Assembly (NCBI GenBank): GCA_050084515.1
Contig: CM114271.1
Span: 37,448,001-37,512,000 of the forward strand
Length of the DNA: 64,000 nt
Direction of reading: 5' to 3'
DNA from: Blasia pusilla
Lineage: Eukaryota
In this document: positions 38,823 through 51,377 of the stretch, piece after piece
Layout: each line of letters starts with the position of its first letter
Position numbering within the stretch: position 1 is the first letter of the stretch
Program-made: the position numbers and the translations under genes
Notes under the pieces: model-generated
The model's database searches: none
Seen by the model: the letters and a program-made list of their open reading frames with translations, nothing else
What the model was told of the DNA's origin: nothing

Positions 38823-39102
38823 ATCTCTGGCTTTCACACACCTATGCAAGAACTGAGCAATCTGAACCTGGTCCTGTCTAGCAATGATCACGCAGAGAGA
38901 AAGAGAATCACGATCCGAGCAGAATTCAGATACCATACACCACACGATTCAAAAAATTCAAGAGCAGCAGCAACTCACAAGCATCTGCTTGAGGGCCATA
39001 GAAAGCCTCCAGGCGCTCCTTATGCGAATCTCCCGTAATGCGCGAGAACCATATCGATTTCAGCACCTGAACATCACTACATAGATTCCTCACCAACTCC
39101 AT
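37328..39102 (-). CDS. Stand-alone BtaB-like SAM-dependent N-methyltransferase (betaine lipid DGTS synthesis; N-terminal half of BTA1), 264 aa
   Basis: Exons 39102-38979, 38695-38360, 38100-37879 and 37440-37328 (795 nt). The motifs RLEAFYGPQADAYDHFR, WVDLGGGTGENVDMM, LITFSYSLSMIPPF, GVADFY, FDMDNIDLGPERR and IPYVP..PYYVW match the methyltransferase domain of Chlamydomonas BTA1 as I recall it. Confidence 0.88.
38772..38820. repeat. (GA)n microsatellite in BtaB-like intron 1
   Basis: Directly visible AG dinucleotide run. Confidence 0.95.
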
Positions 39103-41136
39103 CCTTCCCACTCCTGCAACCCTACCCGATCCGCCTCTCCCACAACCTCTCACCCTATCGCTCCACCACCACCCCCCACGTAACAATAACAATCAATCCC
39201 TCTCTCAATCCCCCAATTCCTCACACCACTCTGCAACCCACGGACCTCTCCTCTCCTCCGTCCCTCCTCTCTCGTTACTCTGCAAAAGGCGTTTGATGAA
39301 GGGCGAACTGCGAGCTAATTGTCGCAGGATGGCGTAGGGTCCTGGGTTAACTGCGCTACTACGGGTCGTGATTAGCAGAGAGCAGGAAAGGACTTGGAGT
39401 TGGTGCGGGCGAAGGGTGACAGCTATGGTTACCCATCTGTCGGTCTTGCTGGGAGCAAAGGAAGGGTGAGTAGGTGGGTGGGAGGACAGAGAGGATGGAT
39501 GTCGGATCCAGTTTTGGATGGTTGTGGGAATCGCAGAGTGAATGTATGTGTGAATCCCCATGGAGCGTATGCGGTCGATGGAGGTCGCCTGATGGACCCT
39601 TCCGCTTTGTAGATGTGCATCTTACATTCGCGCAGCGGTTTTCAAAGTTGAAGGAAATTCAAAGTTCAACGCTCACTTCGAGAAACTAGTGTGGCCCCTA
39701 GAAACTCAGAGCAGATGTAAGGGGAGTGGAATAGCGTTGAGATCTGACGATGTAGAGGATTCGATACGATGATGGATGGTACAATTCTAGATTCTGGATG
39801 TAGAGAATTTCGAATCTATTTGGAAAGTAGAAAGAGCAATAGTAGAACAACAATCCCGACGTTTCAGTCCGCATAGAAATGTTCAAACAAAAGAGGACAA
39901 TGTTGGCGTTTGTGTCATTATTGAAGGAGAATGTAAGAGTTTATGGGAATCGATGAAGTGGATGTGGAGATCATACCAAAGGTGCCATATACTGTTCAGC
40001 CAAACAGTGTTCGTGTTATTCCGTCTTATATCTGCAGGGCACTTAATTTTACGTTCTGCTTCGCACTATCGATGTACCTTAGTACCGTGGTTCAAAAGAA
40101 CAAAGTTATAGATTAGCACGTTATTAGAGGCTGCGGAAGTGTAATGATTGTTGGAGTGGTAGTAGAATGGTGAAATTTACTTCGTACTTAGGTGAAGCAT
40201 TTGTCTTCCTCCACTCCAGGACTAAGCGTGCCAAGGTTGCCGTACACTCCATTTTATGCAAAATCTAGGGTTACTTGTGAGGTTTTGGTGCACGTGTTTC
40301 CTTAGAGAGTTGTTTCTCACGGCCCTCGTCTGGAATACCGTTCCCAACCTGCAAAAGATAATGAGAAACCAACGAGCTGTTGTATTATAAAGCTCGTAAA
40401 CTACCAAGCTGCTATAATTTTCGTTACAGATTGGGCAGCATTTCGTAGGACTGTGTCGATCTGCCCTCCTGCAAGCTGTGGAAAATGGCGGGTATTCTCT
40501 GGACTTGCGGTCCTAATTTGAGACTTCCCTTGTAGCCTTCGGCGGAGACTGCCCGTGAAGAAATCAAGGCCATATGGGACCAAGCTGAAATCAGTAGCCT
40601 GCTCTCCACATTTATTGCCGAGTCTGAGGATTTCACATCATCTAGTGACATGTTTCACAACCGTTAGATTGACTTCCATGTGTCGTGAAGATAAGACATC
40701 ACTTACTAAACAAAAGAAAAAGATGCTTTCAGTGATGACGTAACAATCTGATGAGGAGGGCATGTACCATTCGTCCAACTTAAAATGGAACACTAGGAAG
40801 ACTTTGTTCGGCTTGACTGCAACTTGGACAAAGGGTGACCGACAAAGCTTCGCCTGGCAAAGAGGAATCGAATACACACTACTGATTTGGTATGAAGAGT
40901 CTTAATTGTCTGGTCGAATAGAACATACATCGCTAGTGCTCTGCTGGCGGTAACTGAGCATAGAGTGGGCAGGAATTTCTATGAGGTTTGAGAGTAATCA
41001 CTAGAATTGCCTTTTTGGTGGCTTTTCACTGCTTAATGTCTTTACGGTGACACGGTTACTGGCTGTTTATACACTACCCTTGGCTTTGAAGGGATTGGAG
41101 AAGAAATGAGAGGCATTGGTAGGTAAGTTATGAGCG

Positions 41137-44100
41137 CTACTCATGGTGGGCTGCTCCATCAATCGAGGACAGTCCACTCAACCACTCGAGTGCCAGACCG
41201 TCACCTGCTTCAGCAGCAACTTCAAAGTAATGTCTGGCAGATTCTTCCATATGTTGGACATTCTGGCGCTCATCACCTTCCAACATGAATTCCTCTGGGT
41301 TGACGAGGTCTGTATTGATCAGTGAATTAGGGGTGCTGTCCATCAAGTCGTCCTTTTCATTGCACTTTTCTGAAGGGATCTGCATGCCTGGAACTCCACA
41401 ATATTTAAGAAACAAAAAAAGTGCAGTTTAGGGTGAGAAGGTCTGGGAAGGCTCTTCCTTGCCAATATTGTCCACATTGAGGCAGGCACAGGACATGGGA
41501 GTACAACATACCTCTAGCCATGAGTGCACCGTAAACAGTTGCTGCTGCAGTATGTCCCTGGCATGAGGACGCAAACATCAAGTTCGTAGGTGCCATGGTT
41601 TAGTGAGAGGTGAATCCAAAAGATTGAAAGGTTTACGTAAATACAGGATAAAGTGAAATCACCTTTTTATTTCACCTAGTATATCTAGTGGAACCATCGA
41701 CAGGATCAGTACCATAAGTCAAACAATCACAACACAACTTCTACACAGAAAAACAGATGGTCATGTACCTGGTCAGCTGCATTTTGAAAGCACCACGCAG
41801 CAGCTTTAACATCTCGCTTTGTGTGCTTGCCAGCCAAATAAATTGACCCCATTAAGAAAAGAGCACCAGGGTGTTTCTGCACATTTCCCCGAGTTGTATT
41901 TTCTGTAATTGGCACATGGATAATCACACAATCTCTATCAGCCTTATACACCACTGATTGCTCATACCATGACTTCTACACCAAACACCTAACTGGTGGC
42001 ATAATTGCTCCAGAGCAGATCAGCGACTCAGCAACAGGACCTGATGCAATGCGATCTAATTCATCGAGTCAAAGAACATGCAACTTGAGGATGTCTCCCA
42101 AGTCTTGATATTTTGATATTAAAAGAGAAAGGACGAGAGTATGACTTGCCTACTGCTCATTGTCCTTTCTTTGTGGTTATCATTCCAAAGGTAAGAACCA
42201 TTTCTACTCCAACTCACGGTTTAATCAAAATCGTGGACTGGTGCTTTCTCATCACATCTCTTTCCTGGATGAGTGGAAGATTGAGGTCAAGAAAGCGAGG
42301 TAGTAGAATGGGGTACCTGACAAGCTGCTAGCTCCAAGTACTTTAATGCTTTCTCATCCATCCCATCATCATGATCACCTATCCCAATGAGTTTACCCTA
42401 TGTAACAAGGATACAGCACTTCAAACTCAAACTCAGAATAAATACAATAAGGGTCAGTATCAAATTGGGTAAGAATCAGCTTTTCAACACTGTCCAAAGA
42501 TACACTACAGTTAATAATTGATACTTGCTCGCATACCACAGCTACTAGTCTTCCAACCTCACAAGTGCTCAAGTGAGTGTGTAGAAGCAAACCAAATGAG
42601 CGTTCACATGTTAAGAGGTAAAGCTATGTGACCTCAGCACGAAGTCTACACACTAGCTCATACTGTGCAACAGGATTTCCTGCATCTGCGGCTGACTCCA
42701 ACAGAGCCGCTCCACTGCAAAGAATCAACACTGTACACTAAATCAGTGGTAGATGAAGTCATACCCAGAGAAGTTATTGGAAATGCAAATGGGGAAGAAA
42801 TGAAGGAGCTTCTAAAATTGTTGGAGGGCTACAACCATGCAACACTGTGCTCACCTTGCAGGACAAGCACCAGGTATGTGATAGTACATGTGGAGACGAG
42901 ATAGCAACAACATCGCATCTGTATTTGAGTTGTCTACCTCCAATGCCAACTCAAAATTCTCTTTCGCTTTCTGTAAAACAAGACCAATGAGTTCTTGTAT
43001 ATGGTTTAGTGGAAAATCTTCTCAAGTTCTGCTTACTTTCTCTGCTTTGAAACATTATATCTGAGACAAATAAGGCACTGAACTCAACAAGACGAATGAA
43101 GAGACAAATTAGTTGATGTTAATTGAAAGTTCATCTGGGTTGCTCGGGCAAGAATGGTCCTAGATATGCTCATCACTCATACCCCTTGAGTCACTAAGTT
43201 ATTGACACCCTTGGACACATGTCAGAAAAACTAGACTGCAACTGAAACCATTGCACATATGTCAGACAGATTAGAGGGTTAAAATGGGCCACAAGCTTTT
43301 ATGCAATTGCCCTAACAATTGGACTCCAATCCTGCTGGTTCAGAAAGGAGAAGAGAGCTTCCAAACCTTGAGTAGGGGTTCCAACCGAAAGTCATCTGGA
43401 TCAGTATAAGGGAGAACACGGTCAGCCTCCATCACAGCACTTAGTCCATGTGCTATGTACTGCAGTGCTTCCTTCTTAGCCAGTGAGCTGGCCCTCGCTG
43501 AGGACTGTCTCTGCACAACTCCCAAGCCTAGCATCCCAGCAAACCGATTTGTACAGTTTCAGAGCTTGTCGCAATGAGCAATACCCACTTTCATCTACAA
43601 GCTCAAAGCTGAGGGAAGTATAATAAACCACCGCAACCCATCAATTGTCAAGTGCAGTTCTGTCTAACCATTTACTGTCTTCATACACACATCCCAAAAA
43701 CCTTTTCCTACCACAATTTGCCATCACTCTGTCCACTTATTGCTCACCTTGACAACTCCCATAATTGACATGACCAATCGGCTATTCAGGAATTCATAGG
43801 TCCTACTTCTCAACCAAAAGGCTACTACACTGACGAGGCAGGGAATGAGTACCATATCGGTAAACACACTGGTGCCCGAAAAGGGAACAGGAAGAAATTC
43901 ATCACACAAAAAAAAAGGTGGGAATTCAAGAGTCAAACAAAAGGAGCCCCGAATTGAGCAAGATGTGGATCCCCTAGCAATCAAAATCCTCAACAGCAGA
44001 AAACAATTGGAAGCAATGGAGCAAGGTGTTAATACAAAGGAAAGAACCAAAGTCTGTAACAGTAGAAACAATGGCAGACACTCCCAAAAAAATCCATAAA

Positions 44101-44652
44101 GACAAGAGATGCCAATACTATGGCAAAACTAAGTGTCAGATTCTCAACCACCCAACCTACCCCACATCTCCATCACTCTTGTGGCTACCCTCCCTTTCTC
44201 CTAGTTCAGGTTTCTTTCTGATGTCAGGTCCATGACTTAACATTGATAGCTTAACTCTTATCCGATTTTCTTTCTCTGATTCTTTCTGCAATGCATATTC
44301 TAGGTGGAAACCATAATTTATGCTGTGCATGTCTACACAGCATAAAATCAGAACAGCCTTGAGAGGTCAGGACTTTAAGGAGTTGGACTCCTATGAATTT
44401 TGTAAACAACAGTAGGTTGTCCTCAAGCCCCAATAGGCAAACATCAGAATTGCAATGCATCGAAAACTGACCTGAAGATGCACCAGTCTCTGTCCCATCT
44501 GTGGCTGGGAAATGCCTGGTGAATTTCCAGGCAATGGAGGATGAGCGCACAGAAGAGGAGACGTGGCCATACCCAGATGCATTGTGACCCAGAATTTGAC
44601 CTGACAGACTGCGGAATGAGCGACCAACAAATGTTGCAAGAGCTTTCTGCAT
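41137..44652 (-). CDS. Sel1-like repeat (SLR/TPR) protein, 341 aa, with a probable organellar transit peptide
   Basis: Exons 44652-44472, 43527-43367, 42970-42855, 42714-42633, 42397-42317, 41876-41769, 41557-41512 and 41387-41137 (1026 nt, phases consistent). Sel1 motifs [28 protein letters not shown]...[13 protein letters not shown] and [14 protein letters not shown]-terminus is Ser/Arg-rich. Confidence 0.85.
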
Positions 44653-44967
44653 TTTTCCACTCAATTCCTCTGGCCCCGTTGACAATCAATGGATCACTGT
44701 GTAGCTGTCTCACCACTTGTCATCCTCCTGGTCCACCTCCTCCTTCAGCCTGTCTGACTGATATCACTCTGCTCTCATGACCCCGACCGGTACCAGATAG
44801 TTCATCACACAATCCCCTACCCCTACAAAACCTGTCATCACAAACAATAATGTTTACAACATATTGAAATTGGAAAACTAAGAAGGAATTCTTCATAGTA
44901 TCCATTTAGGATGTATTTGTTGAGTTACAGTAAGAAAAATAGCTCACAGAAAATATGTTTAAAAGAA

Positions 44968-45504
44968 ATACAAAATACTGACAGTAAGAGGCAGAATTTC
45001 AGCACGTATATGTTGAACTTAAGTAAGAATGTTAGTTGACAGGGAATTCGTTTGTTACAGGTAATACACTTTAAACAACAGCAAAGCACAGAAAAATTAC
45101 ACCGGAAAAAGTAATGTGAAATAATTTTCTGGTAACCACAAGTAAAGCTAAAGGTTGATGTGAAAGACACATCCATAAGTGGCGCAGGTAACTATTTAAA
45201 GATGGAAATTTCAACAAATCACATTTGTCTGAATCATACAAAATACTGACAGTAAGAGGCAGAATTTCAGCACGTATATGTTGAACTTAAGTAAGAATGC
45301 TAGTTGACAGGGAATTCGTTTGTTACAGGTAATACACTTTAAACAACAGCAAAGCACAGAAAAATTACACCGGAAAAAGTAATGTGATAATTTTCTGGTA
45401 ACCACAAGTAAAGCTAAAGGTTGATGTGAAAGACACATCCATAAGTGGCGCAGGTAACTATTTAAAGATGGAAATTTCAACAAATCACATTTGTCTGAAT
45501 CATA
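44968..45504. repeat. Tandem duplication, two ~268-bp near-identical units
   Basis: ATACAAAATACTGACAGTAAGAGG...TGTCTGAATC starts at both 44968 and 45236, with only a few differences. Confidence 0.92.
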
Positions 45505-45947
45505 GGCTTAAGGTAGCGATGAATCCCAACTCAAGATCCATCTTTTCTGTGAAAAAAATAGGCTAGCCAACAATCAATTTAACTGAAATCCTTCCACTCA
45601 AAAGTGAACTTTTGTATGCACCCACCCTACTGCAATGAGCTCCGAAGATGATGCTGCCAATTCTGCTTCATACAGATTGAACTCACCCATCCTCAAGAAT
45701 AGGCCCCAGGAATGTAGGGAGAAGAATGAAACTGATGGCATTGAACAGCTCTACTTTATGAGAAGGTCGGAAACTACAATCTGCTGCTGATTGATTCGTC
45801 CAACACTTCTCACATCAGAGTCATTTCAGCAGTCATTTCCTATCTGTAAGTTCCTAAATGAATGGGGGGAATCTGACTGTGTCAAAATACATGGTTGGTA
45901 GTTCAGGTATTCAGCTGCCATCCCAGCATTGACTTACGAGCCTAAAC

Positions 45948-46295
45948 CACTATCTTTTCAACAGTTGCAAATGTATGACACACGACAGCCTTGGGGACAA
46001 GTAGTACGAAAGGCAACCAGCATAGCCCAATTTTTAAGGTCTGCTGATCCCGGAGGGAAGGCTCAACAAGCAACCACTCCAACCACACCAGCCACCGCCC
46101 CTGCTTTGGAGACACCCATTAAGTTGCCTGCATACCAGGCACTATGTCCATGTTGATTCGCTGCAAACCCCTCCCACGAAAACACACAAGCTCCAACCGT
46201 GATGAATGAGCAGATGAAAGCTCCTGTAGTAGATTGCATGATAGACATGGGCATGAGTCCCACCGCAGTTGTGATAAAGCCAGCTGTCTAGACTC
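45948..46295 (-). pseudogene. Fragment of a PHT4;6/ANTR-like SLC17 MFS anion transporter (C-terminal part), disrupted
   Basis: TAGFITTAVGLMPMSIMQSTTGAFICSFITVG...GFAAN(HMDIVP)..YAGNLMGVSKAGAVAGVVGV...TFATVEKI resembles the PHT4 motifs [30 protein letters not shown]...STGERIF. Compensating frameshifts and a stop are present. Confidence 0.7.
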
Positions 46296-49200
46296 TCAGG
46301 TTAGTCAACTGCAGCGTCCATGAAGCAGATTCGACTAGAATTGGGCTTGGAAGCGAAAACTGTAAAAGTTTTCTACCTAACTTAGTGTTTGGTTTTTGGA
46401 TAAAAGTGAAGTGATTTCACCTTTCTTGGATTTATCTGGACGAAAAAAGACGGCATACGGATCAAGCTTGCAGAAGAGAAAGATAAGGTCCACAATATTG
46501 AAAACTTCAGGAACTAAGGAGGGGATGAAGAAAGAAAGTTATAAGCTTCAAGAAACCATTGAAGATTCTCTTCTGCTGTAAGAAAGATATGAGATTCAAG
46601 AAAATTTCAGATTCAAGCTTCAAGAAACCTTTGAAGATTCTCTTCTGCTGTCTGGCAGGGTGCTGTCTTCTCTCTTCTCTACAGTTTCTTGCTTGCTTTC
46701 AATGGGAGACGAATTACATACAGTACCTTCTGACTCATGCTGTTTCAGATTTCACATTCAGTAGAGGATGGTTCGAATTTTTTCTCCTGTATTACTGCCT
46801 GAGCACTCCCAGTTCTTTAGTTACTGCATTCACAGTCCTGGTAATTCCCACTTGCCAACTTCAGGGTAGATTGCTGTTTTTTCTGAACGTGAGCTTGAGG
46901 CACATTTCCAAACAATGATTCCCCTGGCAATATGTTTTGAGATCTAATGCAAGATACAGTATCGGTAGAAGATATGACATTCATGTTGCTTCCTGATTGC
47001 TGTTTTCTTGCAAGAATTCTGAGAAGTATGTACTAGTACGGGGAAGACCGTGCCTCGCCTCCTATGACATTGCCGTGCAAAGTGAAAGTCATTCTATTCT
47101 GAATCTCTGTATGACGAACATCCAAAATCAGTTGCCTGATGATGTGAAGCAGGACTATAGCTCAACACGATCAATACCACCCTTGGCAATCCCTGTCGTA
47201 AAATTAGTGACACGAACAGCTCCCACAGCGCTGACTGTTGCTCTTAAGTAGCCTGGTTGTAATACATGACGAAAGTCAATAACAGAGTTTAAGATTTGGA
47301 CAAGCATCAAAGATTCTTCTTATTTAACACAATACAGCTTGACGAAATGGGTGATTAAGTTGTCATATATGCAAATCTGCCACTTTAACCATTCGCTTCC
47401 CAGCATGAATAAAAGAAAATGTCCACATTTTCAATATTCTAATTCATGAGCAGCAATCAGGAATTTCAAAATCAGCGAGGACAACCATCTCGTGCACGAG
47501 AACTTGGACAGTTCAGCGATTCACCCCGAGACATGAGATAGGTCCAACTGGTATGCCAAGCGTTGAGGTTCTTTGCTTAGAGGACCCGAGACAGTAATGA
47601 CAATTGACACGGTCTGAGATAGATCCGAGGAGGCAAAATTGACAAGAACACGTTGAGAAGGAGCCAGATATCGACCTGAGAAGAAACCAGCGTACCCGGG
47701 ATCAATCGCTCAACGTATGAGCCGCTCGATCGCCCGATGACCTCGCATTGAAATTTAGTCCACCGCAATCAGGCAACTGGCAAACATCCCGCTCCCTTCT
47801 GAAAAACGGAAGCCCTACGTCCGGTTCCAAGATAGCTTCCACCACACAGGACTGGCGCTACTCGTGTAGTAGTGTTCTTCCCAAAACTCCGCGGCAGATG
47901 GAACCGAGGGCTTTGGGAGAGTTTCCGGATCCACTCGACAAAAGAGAGGCAATAACTCGACTAATAATAAGGGAAGAGTCCATAAAATGGAAATGCAACA
48001 AGTCGTAGAAAAATCAAATCAGCCAACTACACAATTAATAATTTCAAACAAATTTGAGAAAATAAGTCATGGTTGGTCAGTGGGCGAATAGCCTTCAACC
48101 ATTTTGGCTCTACCTATTTGCATGTTCTAAAGCCATAAAGATGTGTTGATGGAAATATGTAATATTTTACAAAAAGAGAAGGGACAAGATGATGATTCTC
48201 AAGGAATGACAAGCAAATCTTTTAAGAAAGTATAAAAAAATGTAAATATTTCCAATGAAAAAAATGAATTCATCGATCGCATGCCTCATGGCATAACTTA
48301 ACTCTTTGATTCTTGTTGTCTCATGGTTAAAAAAACCTATAGTATGTGTAACCCAACACACCAACGCATAAGCAACCAACACATCACTCACTAAACAAAA
48401 GCCATCTTGAAACATAACATAACAAGATTAAGTCTTCAAGAAGAGGTTGCTTATATTGTAGAAGGTATGATATGTAGCTCCTCTTGCCCAACAATCTCCA
48501 CCATAATGCGAGCCACCAATGCTACTTTCTCTTTAATCACATCATGGATCGTCGTTCATTCTCCACCATGCACATTAGAGAATGTGGATATTCCTTTCAT
48601 CGATGGACTTCTTGCATACACAATTGGGCACACCTAGAAGAGAAAGAGGAAGAAATCCAAGGCGTAACCGCATAATTGTCAACAATATATTGAAAAGAGG
48701 AAGAAATGGAACAACAATAGGATTAGCTGTAAGCCATGCCGCACTCTTGTACCCATATATGAACGTTGACGAGGTCAATGAATGTCAAAGGATGCCTCAA
48801 AGAGAATGTTGGAAAACTAGATTTAGTGTAAATTCTCAAAGATAAGCTCTTGAATTCGATCAAGCCCTTCTGTAATCAATTGATTGAAAAGGGGTAGAAT
48901 TGTGGGTGAAGCAAGATGAAAAAAAACCCTTAAAGATCTCATTTTTTTGGAATAATAGGCCCCCTAATCTACATGGGCCACATAATCCATCAAAATAGGT
49001 GCATCTCCTTGAAGTCATAATCGGATCAACCAAACCCCGACTCCCCCAAAAAATTGTTGATATAGATGCGAGTGTAGAGGAAAGACCATACCTCCAAAAG
49101 AAATAGGCAAGAGATCTTGTTGTGATGCCAAGACATTATTATCACCCTCAAAGACCAAGAAGTTGACTAAAAGTTGCCATGATAAAAGTGTCAAAAGAGG

Positions 49201-50107
49201 CCAACTCATGAAAGAATCGTGAAGTGGGAGGATAAGTACAAGGTAGGTAGGAGTGACATTATAGAAAACATTTGGAGAGAATTCCATAAGAAACTTGGAA
49301 ATCCCCTAAGATGAGGTAACAAACGAAGTGATTCTATATCTTTTGAAAGGGGCTCATTCAAGCATTTGGAGAGAGAGTCGATGAAAGCCAACTTTGACCT
49401 CGAGAATCCAAACGCCTTCAATGCAGGTGGTAAAGTCAAAAGTAGGTGGTGTGGATGTTGAGGGAAGGCGTGAAGGAGTTCACACTCAACATTCAATGGC
49501 TTAGACTTTAAGGTTTAAGATAGAGAGTTGTTCCACAAAATGGGTATAAGCAGGAACCAATTAAGAAAAAAGATCTAAAAGGTGGATATCATCAACAATA
49601 TAAGAGAAAAGATAAGATAGACATATTTGGTTTAATTGCTTGAAGGGCATGAAAATGTGCAATGGCAAATAGTGGATTGCCCATGGGATCGCCTTGACGT
49701 GTCCCACATGTTTTTTAGAGAATACTATGTTTTCTAGAAGTAGCATGGTGAAAATAGATAATGGGTGTATCATAGGCATAGAAGGAGTGGACAAGTTAAT
49801 GGAATAAGACTTGCAAGTTGTCCTCCTATTAAGCATAATTCCTTGAGTATAGTTGCACAAGAAATTGGATCAAATTTTTTGGCCATATCGACTTGAATTG
49901 CTATCCATTCTAAATGAATATATCAAGATTGGAGTGTATCCCATAGACCACAACCTCATGATCACTAGGGGTGGCCATTCCAAATTGATGAGAAAATAAA
50001 TGGGCGCGAAAGTGAGAATGAAATCACGATCAAAGAGATCGACTAATCAAGCAGTATAAAATCTCTCTAAAAGCCAAAGGGTGAACACCATAAAGAGCCT
50101 TATCTAT

Positions 50108-51113
50108 TGTCACGACCCTCATGATTAATCATATGCATGCCAACTCGGAACATGAGGACTTTAGTAGGCTGACACTATGATGGACGCACGTCAAAGTCTT
50201 ACCAATGAGACATGAGTGTAAAAGCAAGACGCGAGACTTGATGGGCATCTTAAAGGATGAGGGTGATAAACTAGCACAACAAGACCAAACGTCAAACCAA
50301 ACGACCACAAGAGTTGGACGCCAAGGAGACTACAACCTAGCTTGGAACTTGATCAAGGGTTTGGGGATTCTCCATATTTCAGGTCTCTATGGCTAGACCC
50401 CAGGTGTGTTAAGGATGAATAAGGTGGAGTTAGAAAGCTTGTGAGAAGAATATTCCAAAGCACTTAAAATCGAGACAAACATATGAGCAAAGATCTATAA
50501 ACCATCCCTAAACTATAGAAATGATAGTTGGGTTGAGAGCCACAAGGAGCAACCCAAGAGGAATTTCCTACATGTAGGGAGGGGGTAGGGATCTCTATAA
50601 CTATATATAAGTGGGAGGGTCTCAAAGGGTATTTGGAACTTGTACTCCATCGTGGGAACTATGGGGTGAACCAAGGGCACGGCATGGATTGAGATATTGG
50701 ACACCAAGCCAAGTCAATATAGGCCACTAGTGGATACTAACCTTGGACCTTAATCCATGACTCAAATGTTGAGTCTCAATTAGAGACTCGTTCGAGGTCC
50801 GTTGAGCAAGTGGGACTGCCAAGCGCGCTAGCACTATTTTAGGTTCCTAGATTATCAAGGAGGTCTCTCCACATCTTGAATGACTTGCACATGTTGGGGG
50901 AGCAAAGGGGTTAGGTTGAAATCTGACTCAGTCTAGATTAGTTGAGCTTGAAGGATAGTGAGAGATCAAGACTCAAGAGACGTAAAGCTCATTGACCCAA
51001 ATCATGGCTAATGTAAATACGTTTGGGTGCATACTAGTAAGGAGAGTATGACGTACTAAACACAAGCTTTCGCAACACATGAGACCGAAGTTCAAGATAG
51101 TAGGCGCATGACA
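50108..51113. mobile_element. Solo-LTR-like insertion (~1.0 kb) inside the CRE-like RT
   Basis: Termini TGTCACGACC ... GCGCATGACA (TG..CA with a short inverted match). Internal TATATATAAG at about 50602. CRE-like coding similarity resumes on both sides. Confidence 0.6.
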
Positions 51114-51336
51114 TTGTTGCAATATGTGCATACACCTTATATAGAGAGATAAAGCCATATGCAAAAATCTGTCGAGATAAAACAATAGTGAATATGCTAA
51201 AAATCCATACTTAATAGTCCGTCTTTTGACAAGCAAAGAGTATGAAGAAAAACCCTTGTGAAGATCTCCAAACCAAGATTTGTAAGAAAATATTTCTTAA
51301 AAGATGGTGCATTATCTCTTAGAGGGTAACAAGGTA

Positions 51337-51339
<3 letters not shown>

Positions 51340-51373
<34 letters not shown>
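51340..51373. repeat. (GA)n microsatellite
   Basis: Directly visible AG run within the CRE-like remnant. Confidence 0.95.
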
Positions 51374-51377
<4 letters not shown>

